This document shows, one piece after another, positions 57,501 through 60,513 of a DNA stretch of 64,000 nucleotides (its first letter is position 1; each line of letters begins with the position of its first letter). Position numbers and translations under genes: made by a program. The notes under the pieces are model-generated. The model made no database searches. It was not told the DNA's origin and worked only from the letters and a program-made list of their open reading frames with translations. This DNA comes from Candidatus Marinacidobacterales bacterium (lineage in GTDB: Bacteria > Acidobacteriota > Vicinamibacteria > Marinacidobacterales > DATDRI01): positions 576,001 through 640,000 of the forward strand of contig OZ245365.1 of assembly GCA_965226495.1 (NCBI GenBank), read 5' to 3'.

Positions 57501-57961
57501 GAACCGCGGCGACGCGAAGTGAGATCCTCGATGCATTCGACAGCGGAGCGTCTCTCATGAGCTACATGGGCCACGGCGCGATCCATCTTTGGGGCAATGA
57601 GAATTTGCTCAACATCTGGGATGTGGATTCACTGTCACCACAGTCTCAGCAACCTTTCCTCCTGACCATGAACTGCCTGAACGGGTACTTCCACTTCCCG
57701 TACTTCAACTCGCTATCCGAGGAACTACTCAAGGCAGAGGGCAAGGGCATCATCGCGGCCTTCTCGCCGACGGGATTCAGTCTGAACAGCCCCGCGCACC
57801 GATTCCACAAGGCTCTGCTAGATCATGTGGTGAACCAGCAGCACGAGCGATTGGGAGATGCGATCCTGGCCGGTCAGTCCGCTTATGCTCAGACGGGAGC
57901 CTTCCCCGAGCTTTTGCGTATCTACCATCTGCTGGGCGATCCGGCCCTGAGGTTGCGCTAG
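39512..57961 (+). CDS. Giant secreted repeat protein 3 (~6149 aa) with C-terminal C25 peptidase cassette
   Basis: The ORF-track start 39416 lies upstream of the sigma-54 promoter. ATG 39512 (or GTG 39503) gives signal peptide MRRFVGALALAVPFLVASLPAEA-QD. Same module pool and C25 cassette as genes 1 and 2. Confidence 0.92.
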   Translation: MRRFVGALALAVPFLVASLPAEAQDVLTQGHYRWRNDDGGEGDVDTVQVSDTADTTTVSGTYELVSGMTITPGAGDYLVWFSGSLESTAGGSTQNVSLFVDGGQITHTEREILTEGSIPDTPFTAVTHAFLPGVTAGQAINVRWRTSGGTATMHQRTLVLTKVNAADVTQVSATANDTTTSAAYTAVTGMSITPGAGDYLVWFSGSVNGDTNTTEQQVSLFVNGVQVAHTERRADQEDSLTNTYFPVGLHVRLTSVGAAEAIDVRWQTTGGTATMAERTLTVYQINPADSSQASATLDDTTVSATWTPVDSMALTPGVGDYRIWFSSSVEGTTANSVQDVALYVNGIQVAHTVRSFLLESSLTDTFQSFPVALHAYVTGVGAADVIDVRWQTSGGTATMHERTLVVDRLQSVSGATFAAAEDTKLTALTKNTLKRVRFEVSNEGAGGSGPVAYELQVAETATCSSGTYTTVPTAATGHWQVIDSSFITDGEASSNVTDGLTDEATTFVAGEAKDTGNTTGSITLASDAFTEIEFAVQALAAATNGGDYCFRLYDATNNQVLDAYSVYAEVSLAVDVLTQGHYRWRNDDGGEVAATWAAAEDTALSPLEKNTIRRVRLGVSNEGTASSGGVAYELQVAETATCSAGAYAAVPIAATGHWQVINSSFITDGEVTSNVAGGLTDDATTFVAGEAKDTGNPTSGFTLAPDEFTEIEFAVQATNNATAGGDYCFRLYDATNNEVLDTYTVYAQVTLATDVLTQGHYRWRNDDGGEGSVDNFQVSETVDTMTTGGSYELVSGMTITPGAGDYLVWFSGSLESTTGGSTQHVSLFVDTGQITHTEREVLTEGSIPDTPFTAVTHAFLPGVTAGQAINVRWRTTGGTATMHQRTLAVTRVNPADVTQVSATANDTTTSAAYTAVTGMSITPGAGDYLVWFSGSVNGNTNTTEQQVSLFVNGVQVAHTERRADQEDSLTNTYFPVALHARLTGVGAAEAIDVRWQTTGGTATMAERTLTVYQINAADSAQASATLDDTTVSATWTPVDSMALTPGAGDYLVWFSSSLEGTTANSVQDVALYVNGIQVAYTLRNFLVESSLIDTFQSFPVALHAYVTGVGAADVIDVRWQTSGGTATMHERTLVVQRVTNPSGATWAAAEDTKLTGLAKSTIKRVRLEVSNGGTGSSGAVTYELQVAETATCSAGTYTTVPTAATGHWQVIDSGFITDAEPTFNINPGLTDGATTFVSGESKDTGNTTGSITLASDAFTEIEFSVQALAAATDGGDYCFRLYDATNSQVLDTYSVYSEVQLGAPPTDVTVSASGTQTASMFIPSTDQYVGGKFVIIDNTGSRNITGITITESGTVDALNNLDNIKLFYELDTTAPYDGASESYAGGELQFGVTDTDGFSAANGTSSFTDTVAIDTTSTLVVYVVFDVGAGATPGETVEISINDPSTEVTASAGTVGPATPVAIPGTTTLTAAVTVSASGTQTASMAIPSTNQYVGGKFVIVDNTGSRNITGITITESGTVDALNNLDNIKLFYELDSTAPYDGASESYAGTESQFGVTDTTGFSAANGTSSFTDTVAINTTSTLVMYVVLDVGAGASGGETVEISINDPSTEVTASAGTVGPATPVAISGTTTLSAGSGGVIFYSVGTDNTALYSDTASASAGTLTLNSPAVDKIGVGDEIREGTNRYYITGRNSATEFTIQNSAANGGTPGDTNISFASTAITIFRAFNSLTSAEAGSTDTNHLNTADLVAGNFQVNWTCYNDAALDDMVLINGYTTGASNYIHIYTPTATSEVGTSQRHTGTAGTGFRLVPNTSTPPSQVNIIDILDDDVRLTGIEIDGSSITNAQNLAGISVDVSVSASGDIQLNKIILHDLQSQDGTGGDADVNALDIANGNLKLSNSIIYDIAQTTANANARTRGVDITGGSNHYLHNNTLFNIKNSLNTHSAYGINVGAGTVTVRNTVVLDVVSALGSEGCFNGTITQLNNVSSDTTAVGPQNQTAYATYFQNITNGSENLHLRNDSTTLWGSFGADLDADPNLPVTDDIDGDARDASTPDIGADEFTGAVGAGVVFYSVGTDNTALYSGNASASSGTLTLSSPAADRIGVGDEIREGANRYYINGRNSATEFTVQNSAANGGTPGDTNINFASTAITIFRAFNDLDTATTGSADANHLNTADLVAGDFQLNWACYNDGPDPSWRPAIEEPWVTGASNYIRLFTPTDPSQVGVSQRHTGTAGTGYRIRPVGSAIGISHFNFVFISTDNGYVRLEGIEIDGSGLTNAENIRGIYINDPAPGTGEDVRISHSLIHDLVNTTIDDSDQSKILALYVDQTNNTKISNNVVYHLLNVSTNAASETTGLDSVVGGTTHYVFNNTFYDIQSTATTQQARGIWDSVGSTLDVQNNYVGLVDSVGGLEACFVGPFANENNNVSSDATAAGTDSQTNQSAYASYFVDTTGGSENLHLINDSNTLWGSFGADLDTDPNLPVTDDIDADARDASTPDIGADEFSNPVIVTFYSVGTDNTALYSDTGSASSGTLTLNSAAVDKIGVGDEIREGANRYYITGRISATQFTIQNSAANGGTPGDTNITFGLTAITIFRAFNTLTAAEAGSLDGSHLGTANLVVSNFQLNWTCYNDTALDDTVIVNSYTTGPNNYIYIYTPTDATEVGVSQRHDGTAGTGFRMVPVINSPVGITRVLRVADDHVRITGIEIDGSSITDGQEIEGVSTANTLTAASDVRFTKLIVHDIHSENGSGSDADPIGIAIGGGNVKLSNSIIYDIVQTTAHVDADARGIRTSGGANNVYFHSNTIFNIKNTGATRFAWGIHSGGGTVTAKNTVVLDVEATSGTEGCFNGAMTQSNNVSSDATAVGPQNQTAYASYFQNITDGSEDLHLLNDSNTLWGSFGADLDSDPNLPVTDDIDAGARDATQPDIGADEFGATPCSPTIIYRSIGTSTANLADTGTASAGLGATIVTFSGVSLPTNIGQGDELTLDIGGANEILYILSRDSATQVTLQTATANDHSGGVSYTIKRAFSGVDPIQDWETARQGDLVALNRREVGVAYNDGVFVNGVDISGSVTDSCHFMRLTVAEGQRHTGVAGTGVRIDMSGEPDPLVGELETFDDYVVIEWFEVTGVTGNATFSGVRMGNFSANILLSNLILHGNENGARASGASPHSFTIRNSIIYDNNGVGIEGDEVGDTFFIDNCTIYNNLFAGVDAVFSTMTVRNTISMNNPPGSDFKASAGTLNQSNNISSDGTASGAGSLINRTATANGSPGAGDWVIFDNLTAGSKSFHLQNSVENDAIDAGTNLSFSFADDVDGEIRPAIWDVGADELFAGAASLTLADHDASQVGDRFTTTSPVTDGLFRFKLTRSGTVTIDTVKVNFTTGSGVVNGDVSAGELWIDTDNDGVIDGGDTLIQGSVTPSGGVLTFTNNVSPGTGGTNYLVRATVANLAAGDSTTFSVGTADIDEVEGGVTESGAITNAVHTQEVGAVIYYSVGTDSTALYSDTALASAGVLTLNSAAANNIGVGDEIREGANRYYITGRNSTTEFTIQDSAANGGTPGDANINFALTGITIFRAFNTLTLAEANSPDGNHLNTSDLVGSNFQLNWTCYDDTAMNDAEIVIDGWTSTGVSNYIRIYTPTDSSEVGTTQRHNGVAGSGFRLVPSNASPPSAYVVIYMFEDYVRIEGIEIDGSNISNGQDLMAVRTSSSVSPAGDYRFDYLLIHDFANSSVNQATQDGDMFIIAVREGSAKISNSILYNFEQFNNNVTSSIAAIRFEGAGTSYVHNVTIYNIKDTVGTGSCRGVDNFGGPTLTARNVAVFDVISSLDDEQCFNGVTTQSNNVSSDATAVGPQNQTAYATYFIDITDGSENLHLRNDSNTLWGSFGADLDGDPDLPVTDDIDGDARDASTPDIGADEFSSNPTTNYRSIGPVADYTTNDVTATNGSPIVIGNATAWVTANRGRGDRIQIDATDYTILSVDTNTQLTLTEPFTGATGPGKAYTISRQFDTLQEWEDCISAGVGCVYFPVTGGDLVADDRVEVGIAYDDGVFALTSTVTIDGSTTDATHTITLTADGVNRHYGVTGAGVVVDGQDFARELLILDNNVTVEWLEFIRVRGADNRAAIRVAGPVGEPSTNILLQNLLIHDFLDPGVNRVSGIRLSGDPGKSVTVRNCMIWDGDQIGIEADETTDTLIVENCSIDNMDSTVESNGTGIAAINTDVTVRNTIATSNPAGDFIATGSGGYSGASTNNTASDGTAPGASAQTAAAVDLFVAPNSNLHLISGAVAIDTAVDLSPSFSNDIDGDGRPFGLSWDRGADEFGQTYYRSIGPAPDYTTGTIDATNGSAVVTGTGTSWQTANRGRGDAITFPCPDPPTCTGGTDYTILSVDSETQLTLTAPVSGNFTGTYNVARQFDTLQEWEDCISAGVGCVYFPVTGGDLVGDNRVEVGIAYDDGAAFAELLIDDATTDANHTITLTVDPGNRHNGIAGQGVVVDLGPLGTIDAVRVRDDFVTVEWLEITGGQPTQGAEGIHVRAQSPSNQIILRNNIVHDVDGDGIVSAYEGVNIDIYNNIVYGGALNGIRINAVTPPHTGVIRILNNTVYNNALRGIRSSDAGSGKLLQNNIAHSNSPGLDFSITGTLDPASSNNLAGDASGIAHCPAGGGIDSVPLSGAGGVNFVSTVSGSEDLHITSASRAVGAAADLSGIFTDDIDGWIARQAPWDIGADEVDGAATSPTNYRSIGGAPHYTAPGTIDATGGSNVVTGTATTWLTANRGRGDVITFPCPDPPTCTGGTDYTVLSVDSNTQLTLTTPVSGNFTGTHKISRQFAALQDWETCISSGVGCVYFPVGGGDLVTDNRSEVGIAYDDGASFARVTIDGSITDANHTITLTVDPGNRHYGIAGQGVLLDNGTDTNDALRIEDDFVTVEWLEIQGGDIPSQPRGIFVANQNVPNKIIVRNNLIHEVGEDGIATLEADLVMDAYNNIIYATPDDGIQIGETLGPGAQIRLLNNTIYNCTDQGITSAVGDHSTVTLQNNIAFCTGNDFNITLPVNPASSNNLSGDGTATARSPAGGDRPNVALVDVQFVNTAGPIDLHIRSGSLLGAEDGGVDLSSVFNLDIDAGARTVLWEIGADDVEATTAVELVLFEAVGTDGAVELRWETGSELGNLGFHLYRSNTEEGPYDRITASVIPGLGSSPEGAKYAYRDSGLTNGVTYFYKLEDIETTGITELHGPVSAIPTAEVVVEGDTGGEDDSSGDELGDLTSRITYGDPSANELNVRRRGKKWMELELITEGFYAIPQDDGSVLLEVPGFEDFGGPDLPDVPAYRTWQDVLAGRRVKLASVKTSGMAEFASLRPSSSELIVVASGDGTVQTGRRRRKRRQPPHVYYPESWAQLMNVGFQGPAKKALVEMAPLRWDATAEKLVLARRIVVRIAFKGKDKAELKLGKSHREVGSHANRSVYARIAVTEPGLYGVSYESVFGNRRKAIKTSALRLSRQGVPVAFFVSPNAKKFKKKSVLYFLSDGAALNPYGHEAVYELESSSEGLQMGAVDGSPVGAPTSFYWKTLEREENLLYQAAFEGEEDIWQWDWLFGPMTNGYPFEVTNLSPVAENSKLRVWLHGASDFPEDPDHHVRLYVNGTLLTDTWWDGETPHFVEAELGPGLLQEGENTLEIEEVGDTEAQYSMVMLDRFEVSYPAQLLAEEGELKGLFSESGVATITGPRGQIGALSPPAVAQSTEGEPWGWGPKALIFDVTETEPRRISGASVVPGGLSFGVESGRHYLLTDSVKIPEVSRAQSTGLKQVWSRAEYLVIGPREFLAAAVPLLAHRRNEGLIAGAIATEDIFDEFGYGEATPESIRDFLSYVYHHWSEPTLRYVVLLGDGTYDTKDYLATGVTSQVPVKILKTRYIWTASDPWYGAINGDDILPDVAIGRLPAASVEEAERLVQKILEYESGEGDPEAPFVLVADNPDHGGDFVANAEELATTVLSGQEIDELYLSELGTAATRSEILDAFDSGASLMSYMGHGAIHLWGNENLLNIWDVDSLSPQSQQPFLLTMNCLNGYFHFPYFNSLSEELLKAEGKGIIAAFSPTGFSLNSPAHRFHKALLDHVVNQQHERLGDAILAGQSAYAQTGAFPELLRIYHLLGDPALRLR
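46100..47419 (+). repeat. ~1.3-kb near-identical copy of gene 1 tract 17808-19127
   Basis: Constant offset of 28292. Antisense ORFs 17961..18146 / 46253..46438 and 18294..18605 / 46586..46897 are identical. One substitution noticed (GACGTC vs GACATC). Confidence 0.9.
54914..57961 (+). repeat. Conserved C-terminal C25 cassette, copy 3
   Basis: TTAVELVLF...SYMGHG...TMNCLNGYF...YHLLGDPALRLR. Confidence 0.95.
56676..56747 (+). mobile_element. Double-hairpin palindromic element in gene 3 (same site and sequence as in gene 2)
   Basis: Identical to 37945-38016. Confidence 0.7.
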
Positions 57962-57986
57962 AGATCCAGTCCCCCGGCCACGCACT

Positions 57987-58352
57987 TCAAAGGAGGTCTT
58001 TACCCGTGGTGAGGGCCGTTCGGAGTAGCGGTTCCCCTTCTTGTTGGAAACGTTCCACTTCTTCATTCGTCAACACGAACAGATCGACTGCGCAGGGTAG
58101 CGGTCCCAGCGCGCGAAGCGCGGACGGGATCCGGTCGCGAGACTGATCGTGGGGACTGCTCTCTACCACGATTAGAAGATCGGCATCCGAGCGAGGTGAC
58201 GGGACCCCCGTTGTCAGAGAGCCGAAGAGGATCACTCGTTCAATCTCAGGAACCCGTTTCCGGGCACGCAACGCCGCCTGGCGAAGTTGCTCAATTCTCT
58301 CCGCTTTGTTGAGGTAGATGGCGCCGGCAGAAATCGATGATCGTTCTTGCAT
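57987..58352 (-). CDS. Minimal nucleotidyltransferase (MNT) domain protein, partner of the HEPN gene
   Basis: VILFGSLTTG..SPRSDADLLIV (GS...DxD) and VDLFVLT. Overlaps the HEPN gene. Confidence 0.85.
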   Translation of the reverse strand: MQERSSISAGAIYLNKAERIEQLRQAALRARKRVPEIERVILFGSLTTGVPSPRSDADLLIVVESSPHDQSRDRIPSALRALGPLPCAVDLFVLTNEEVERFQQEGEPLLRTALTTGKDLL

Positions 58353-58695
58353 CGGAGATCGCTCCTTCAGCCTCTCCCCGTGTGTACAGCTTCCCGGGAT
58401 ATCCCTCGGCGAAGCCGTTAGGGTAACGAGTCGGAATGTAATGCTTGTCGAGGCGGCTGGCGGTTTCGATGATCTCCTCAGGGGCTGCGGCGTCCTTGGG
58501 CAACGCCTCTACTAGCCCGGTGACCAAATGGCCCCACGGCTCTCCTCCCCGGACCATACTAAGGGCATTGACCGTCTTTTCAGCTGCTTGTTGCGAGGCG
58601 AAGGCGGCCCACTCGTAATCCGCGTCGTCGAGGGAATGCTCCGCGTGGCGGAGATCCCGCACGCCTTGCTCCAGCCAGTCACGCCATCTGTTCAT
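58291..58695 (-). CDS. HEPN domain protein
   Basis: MNRWRDWLEQGVRDL.HA...YEWAAFASQQAAEK...WGH...LDKHYIPTRYP. Start taken at MNRW (58695). Confidence 0.85.
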   Translation of the reverse strand: MNRWRDWLEQGVRDLRHAEHSLDDADYEWAAFASQQAAEKTVNALSMVRGGEPWGHLVTGLVEALPKDAAAPEEIIETASRLDKHYIPTRYPNGFAEGYPGKLYTRGEAEGAISDARTIIDFCRRHLPQQSGEN

Positions 58696-58789
58696 ATCTA
58701 ACAACTTATTATCGCATGCCACTGTGGCACACGCTAAGGCTGACCGCCGCGCGCAAAGGGGGTAGTATCAGAGGTCGCCAGGGAGCGCA

Positions 58790-58866
58790 TGCTGATCCCG
58801 GAGCCTTCTCCGGGCTTCTGCGTATCTACCATCTGACTCGGTGACCGGGCGCTCAGTCTCAGGTAG
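58790..58866 (+). pseudogene. Decayed remnant of the C25-cassette 3' end
   Basis: ggagccttctccgggcttctgcgtatctaccatctgactcggtgaccgggcgctcagtctcaggtag reads GAFSGLLRIYHL/(+1)LGDRALSLR*, compared with GAFPELLRIYHLLGDPALRLR* in genes 2 and 3. Confidence 0.8.
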
Positions 58867-58971
58867 TCCTCGGGCACGCTATTATCCAGAGAAACCATCT
58901 ACCGCCTGATCCAGCGCTCGGTTCCTTCCGCGGGCGGCGTTTAGAACCAAGAGTGCTATGACCGTTCGGTA

Positions 58972-59387
58972 TCAGGTGATGTTGAATCGCTTGCGGATAG
59001 CCATGACGAACGCCAGCAAATCGTCGAGGTGGTCCTCGACCACCTCTCTCAGGATGGCCAGATCGACGATCTCGTATCCGTGAACAAGTATATTGCGGAA
59101 ACCCACGATGTTCTTGAGATTCGCCACCAGGCGGTCCGGCAGAAAGCCTGCACGTTCCAGGATGTCGAATAACTCGCGGTTGGTACGAGGTTCTCCGAGG
59201 CGCTCGTCGGAAACGATGTGCGAAGCGACGTCGAGTGCCGCTTGGATTGCAATTTGAAGCGTGTGCTCGACAAAGCGCTCTTCACGGACATCACGCGAGA
59301 TTTCGGCCGGACGGCTGAGGGTTTGGAGCTCCCGAACACTGTCTCGATGAGAGCCAACTTCTTGGCTATCAGTTCGGGATCGGTCAC
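58972..59387 (-). pseudogene. DUF86/HepT-like HEPN RNase toxin, frameshifted near the 5' end, no adjacent MNT partner
   Basis: MTDPELIAKKLALIET (ORF 59049..59387) joins SVRELQ...QIAIQAALDVASHI...GFRNILVHGY (ORF 58972..59478) through a 1-nt shift at about 59340. RX4HXY motif intact. A sequencing error is possible. Confidence 0.75.
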
Positions 59388-59455
59388 TTAAGCTCCTTAC
59401 GACGGTGCGCCGCCTCCCGCAGCACAATTTTAGCATGTTCATCGATGTGTCGGGC

Positions 59456-59652
59456 GGCCCGGCGCACGGATTCCACAAAGCTGTACTCGCAAACGTCCTG
59501 AATCAGAACCACGAGCGTCTGGGCGACGCGATCCTTGCCGGCCAGCGTGCCTACGCACAGACGGGACTTTCCCCGAGCTTCTACGCATCTACCATCTCCT
59601 CGGCGATCCGGCCCTGCGGTTGAGATAGAGATCCAGTCCCCCGGCCACGCAC
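59456..59652 (+). pseudogene. Second remnant of the C25-cassette 3' end plus 3' flank
   Basis: GPAHGFHKAVLANVLNQNHERLGDAILAGQRAYAQTG/(fs)FPELLRIYHLLGDPALRLR*, followed by TAGAGATCCAGTCCCCCGGCCACGCAC, which is identical to 57959-57985. Confidence 0.85.
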
Positions 59653-59748
59653 CTACTCGTTACGCCTATTCAGTGCGCATGATGAATCAGCATCCTGCGC
59701 GGCTGAAACCGGCCAAGTAGGAAGCATTTCTGGGAGGTGGACAAAAAG

Positions 59749-60015
59749 CTAATCGTAATGGGTCCACATCCGGATGACTTTGACGATGCGCTCCTTCTCG
59801 TAGACCTGATAAACGAGACGGTGTTGCACGTTAATTCGGCGCGAGTAGGCGCCAGACAGGTCACCCATGAGCTTTTCGAAACGTGGCGGGCTCCGGAACG
59901 GATCTTTCTTCAAAATGGCGAGTAGGAACTCTACCTTTGGCCGAAGTCCTGACGCTGAGACTTTCTTCGCGTCTTTCTGGGCCTGGCGGGTCATGACGAC
60001 CCGCCACTCAGTCAC
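59749..60015 (-). CDS. yoeB: Txe/YoeB family toxin
   Basis: W.VV.T.QA.KD...L...PF...P..EKL.GDLSGAYSRRIN.QHRLVY......MWTHY. Confidence 0.88.
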   Translation of the reverse strand: MTEWRVVMTRQAQKDAKKVSASGLRPKVEFLLAILKKDPFRSPPRFEKLMGDLSGAYSRRINVQHRLVYQVYEKERIVKVIRMWTHYD

Positions 60016-60254
60016 CAGTCCAATTCCTCAGCGCAGTCTTCCAATCTGGTAGCGAGACCCTCACGAATCGATTCCCGCATGTTGGGAATCGAGAGGAGAT
60101 AGACCGTTTCTTGGAGCGCGCGCCAGTCATCTTCCGATACGAGGATGGCATTGGCTCTCTTACCACTGATCTGGATGACCTCGCTCGAAACAGCCACTTC
60201 ATCCAGCAAGCGGTAGAGGTTTTGCCTTGCCTTGGTTGCGGTGATGCTCTTCAT
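60012..60254 (-). CDS. yefM: Phd/YefM (Axe) family antitoxin
   Basis: MKSITATKARQNLYRLLDEV...NAILVSEDDWRALQETVYLLSIP. Overlaps the toxin by GTGA. RBS AGGAGG. Confidence 0.88.
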   Translation of the reverse strand: MKSITATKARQNLYRLLDEVAVSSEVIQISGKRANAILVSEDDWRALQETVYLLSIPNMRESIREGLATRLEDCAEELDW

Positions 60255-60273
60255 CAATCCTCCTATTTCATGT

Positions 60274-60302
60274 ATCGTACGCTAAAGCGTACGTGTCGTC
60301 AA
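60274..60302 (-). promoter_or_regulatory. Sigma-70 promoter and palindromic operator of yefM-yoeB
   Basis: Minus strand TTGACG-17 nt-TACGAT, overlapped by the perfect inverted repeat CGTACGCT-AA-AGCGTACG (60276-60293). Confidence 0.7.
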
Positions 60303-60344
60303 GGGCAGTGTGTCCCATCGCCTTCGACAAGGCCTCACGCTTGG

Positions 60345-60399
60345 GGCGCCGAACCCCTACCCATGGGGAAGTTAGTCCCGAGCGTGGCTGATTCCCCAC
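60345..60399 (+). promoter_or_regulatory. Putative enhancer (UAS) boxes, giant gene 4
   Basis: CTACCCATGGGGAA, then GTGGctgattccCCAC at 60384, 21 nt after ATGG at 60363. Confidence 0.65.
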
Positions 60400-60431
60400 G
60401 TGCCGCGCGACTCTGACGGCGGTCATCCCGG

Positions 60432-60487
60432 TAAATACCTGATTCAAAAGCCCTAAGTTGCACTCATCGGCGGCATCACAATTGCTT
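60432..60487 (+). promoter_or_regulatory. IHF-like site plus sigma-54 promoter, giant gene 4
   Basis: TAAatacCTGATT (60432-60444). cGGCAtcacaaTTGCT has GG 60472-73 and GC 60484-85. Confidence 0.75.
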
Positions 60488-60513
60488 TAATTCGGGTGAT
60501 GGAAGTGCGTTCG

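Noticed and set aside
9243-57586. Many long antisense and alternate-frame ORFs inside the giant genes (for example 9888..11354 and 15468..16700)
   Set aside because: Shadow ORFs expected from GC-rich, biased codon usage. They have no recognisable motifs and simply repeat with the sense modules.
9147-57961. Diversity-generating retroelement or CRISPR array as the source of the repeats
   Set aside because: No reverse transcriptase or cas genes, no adenine-specific TR/VR pair noticed, and no short regularly spaced repeats. The repeats are protein-coding modules.
9147-57961. RTX/MARTX toxin, autotransporter or CdiA/Rhs polymorphic toxin call
   Set aside because: No GGxGxD nonapeptides, C-terminal beta-barrel, VENN/DPxG motif or immunity genes. 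The C-terminus is the constant part rather than the variable part.
59388-59478. N-terminal extension of ORF 58972..59478
   Set aside because: It runs antisense into the cassette remnant. The family-like N-terminus (MTDPELIAKKL) is in another frame.
57962-60300. Integron cassette array or prophage/IS explanation for the TA cluster
   Set aside because: No integrase or transposase and no convincing attC (RYYYAAC...GTTRRRY) hairpins seen. The separators are cassette-gene remnants.
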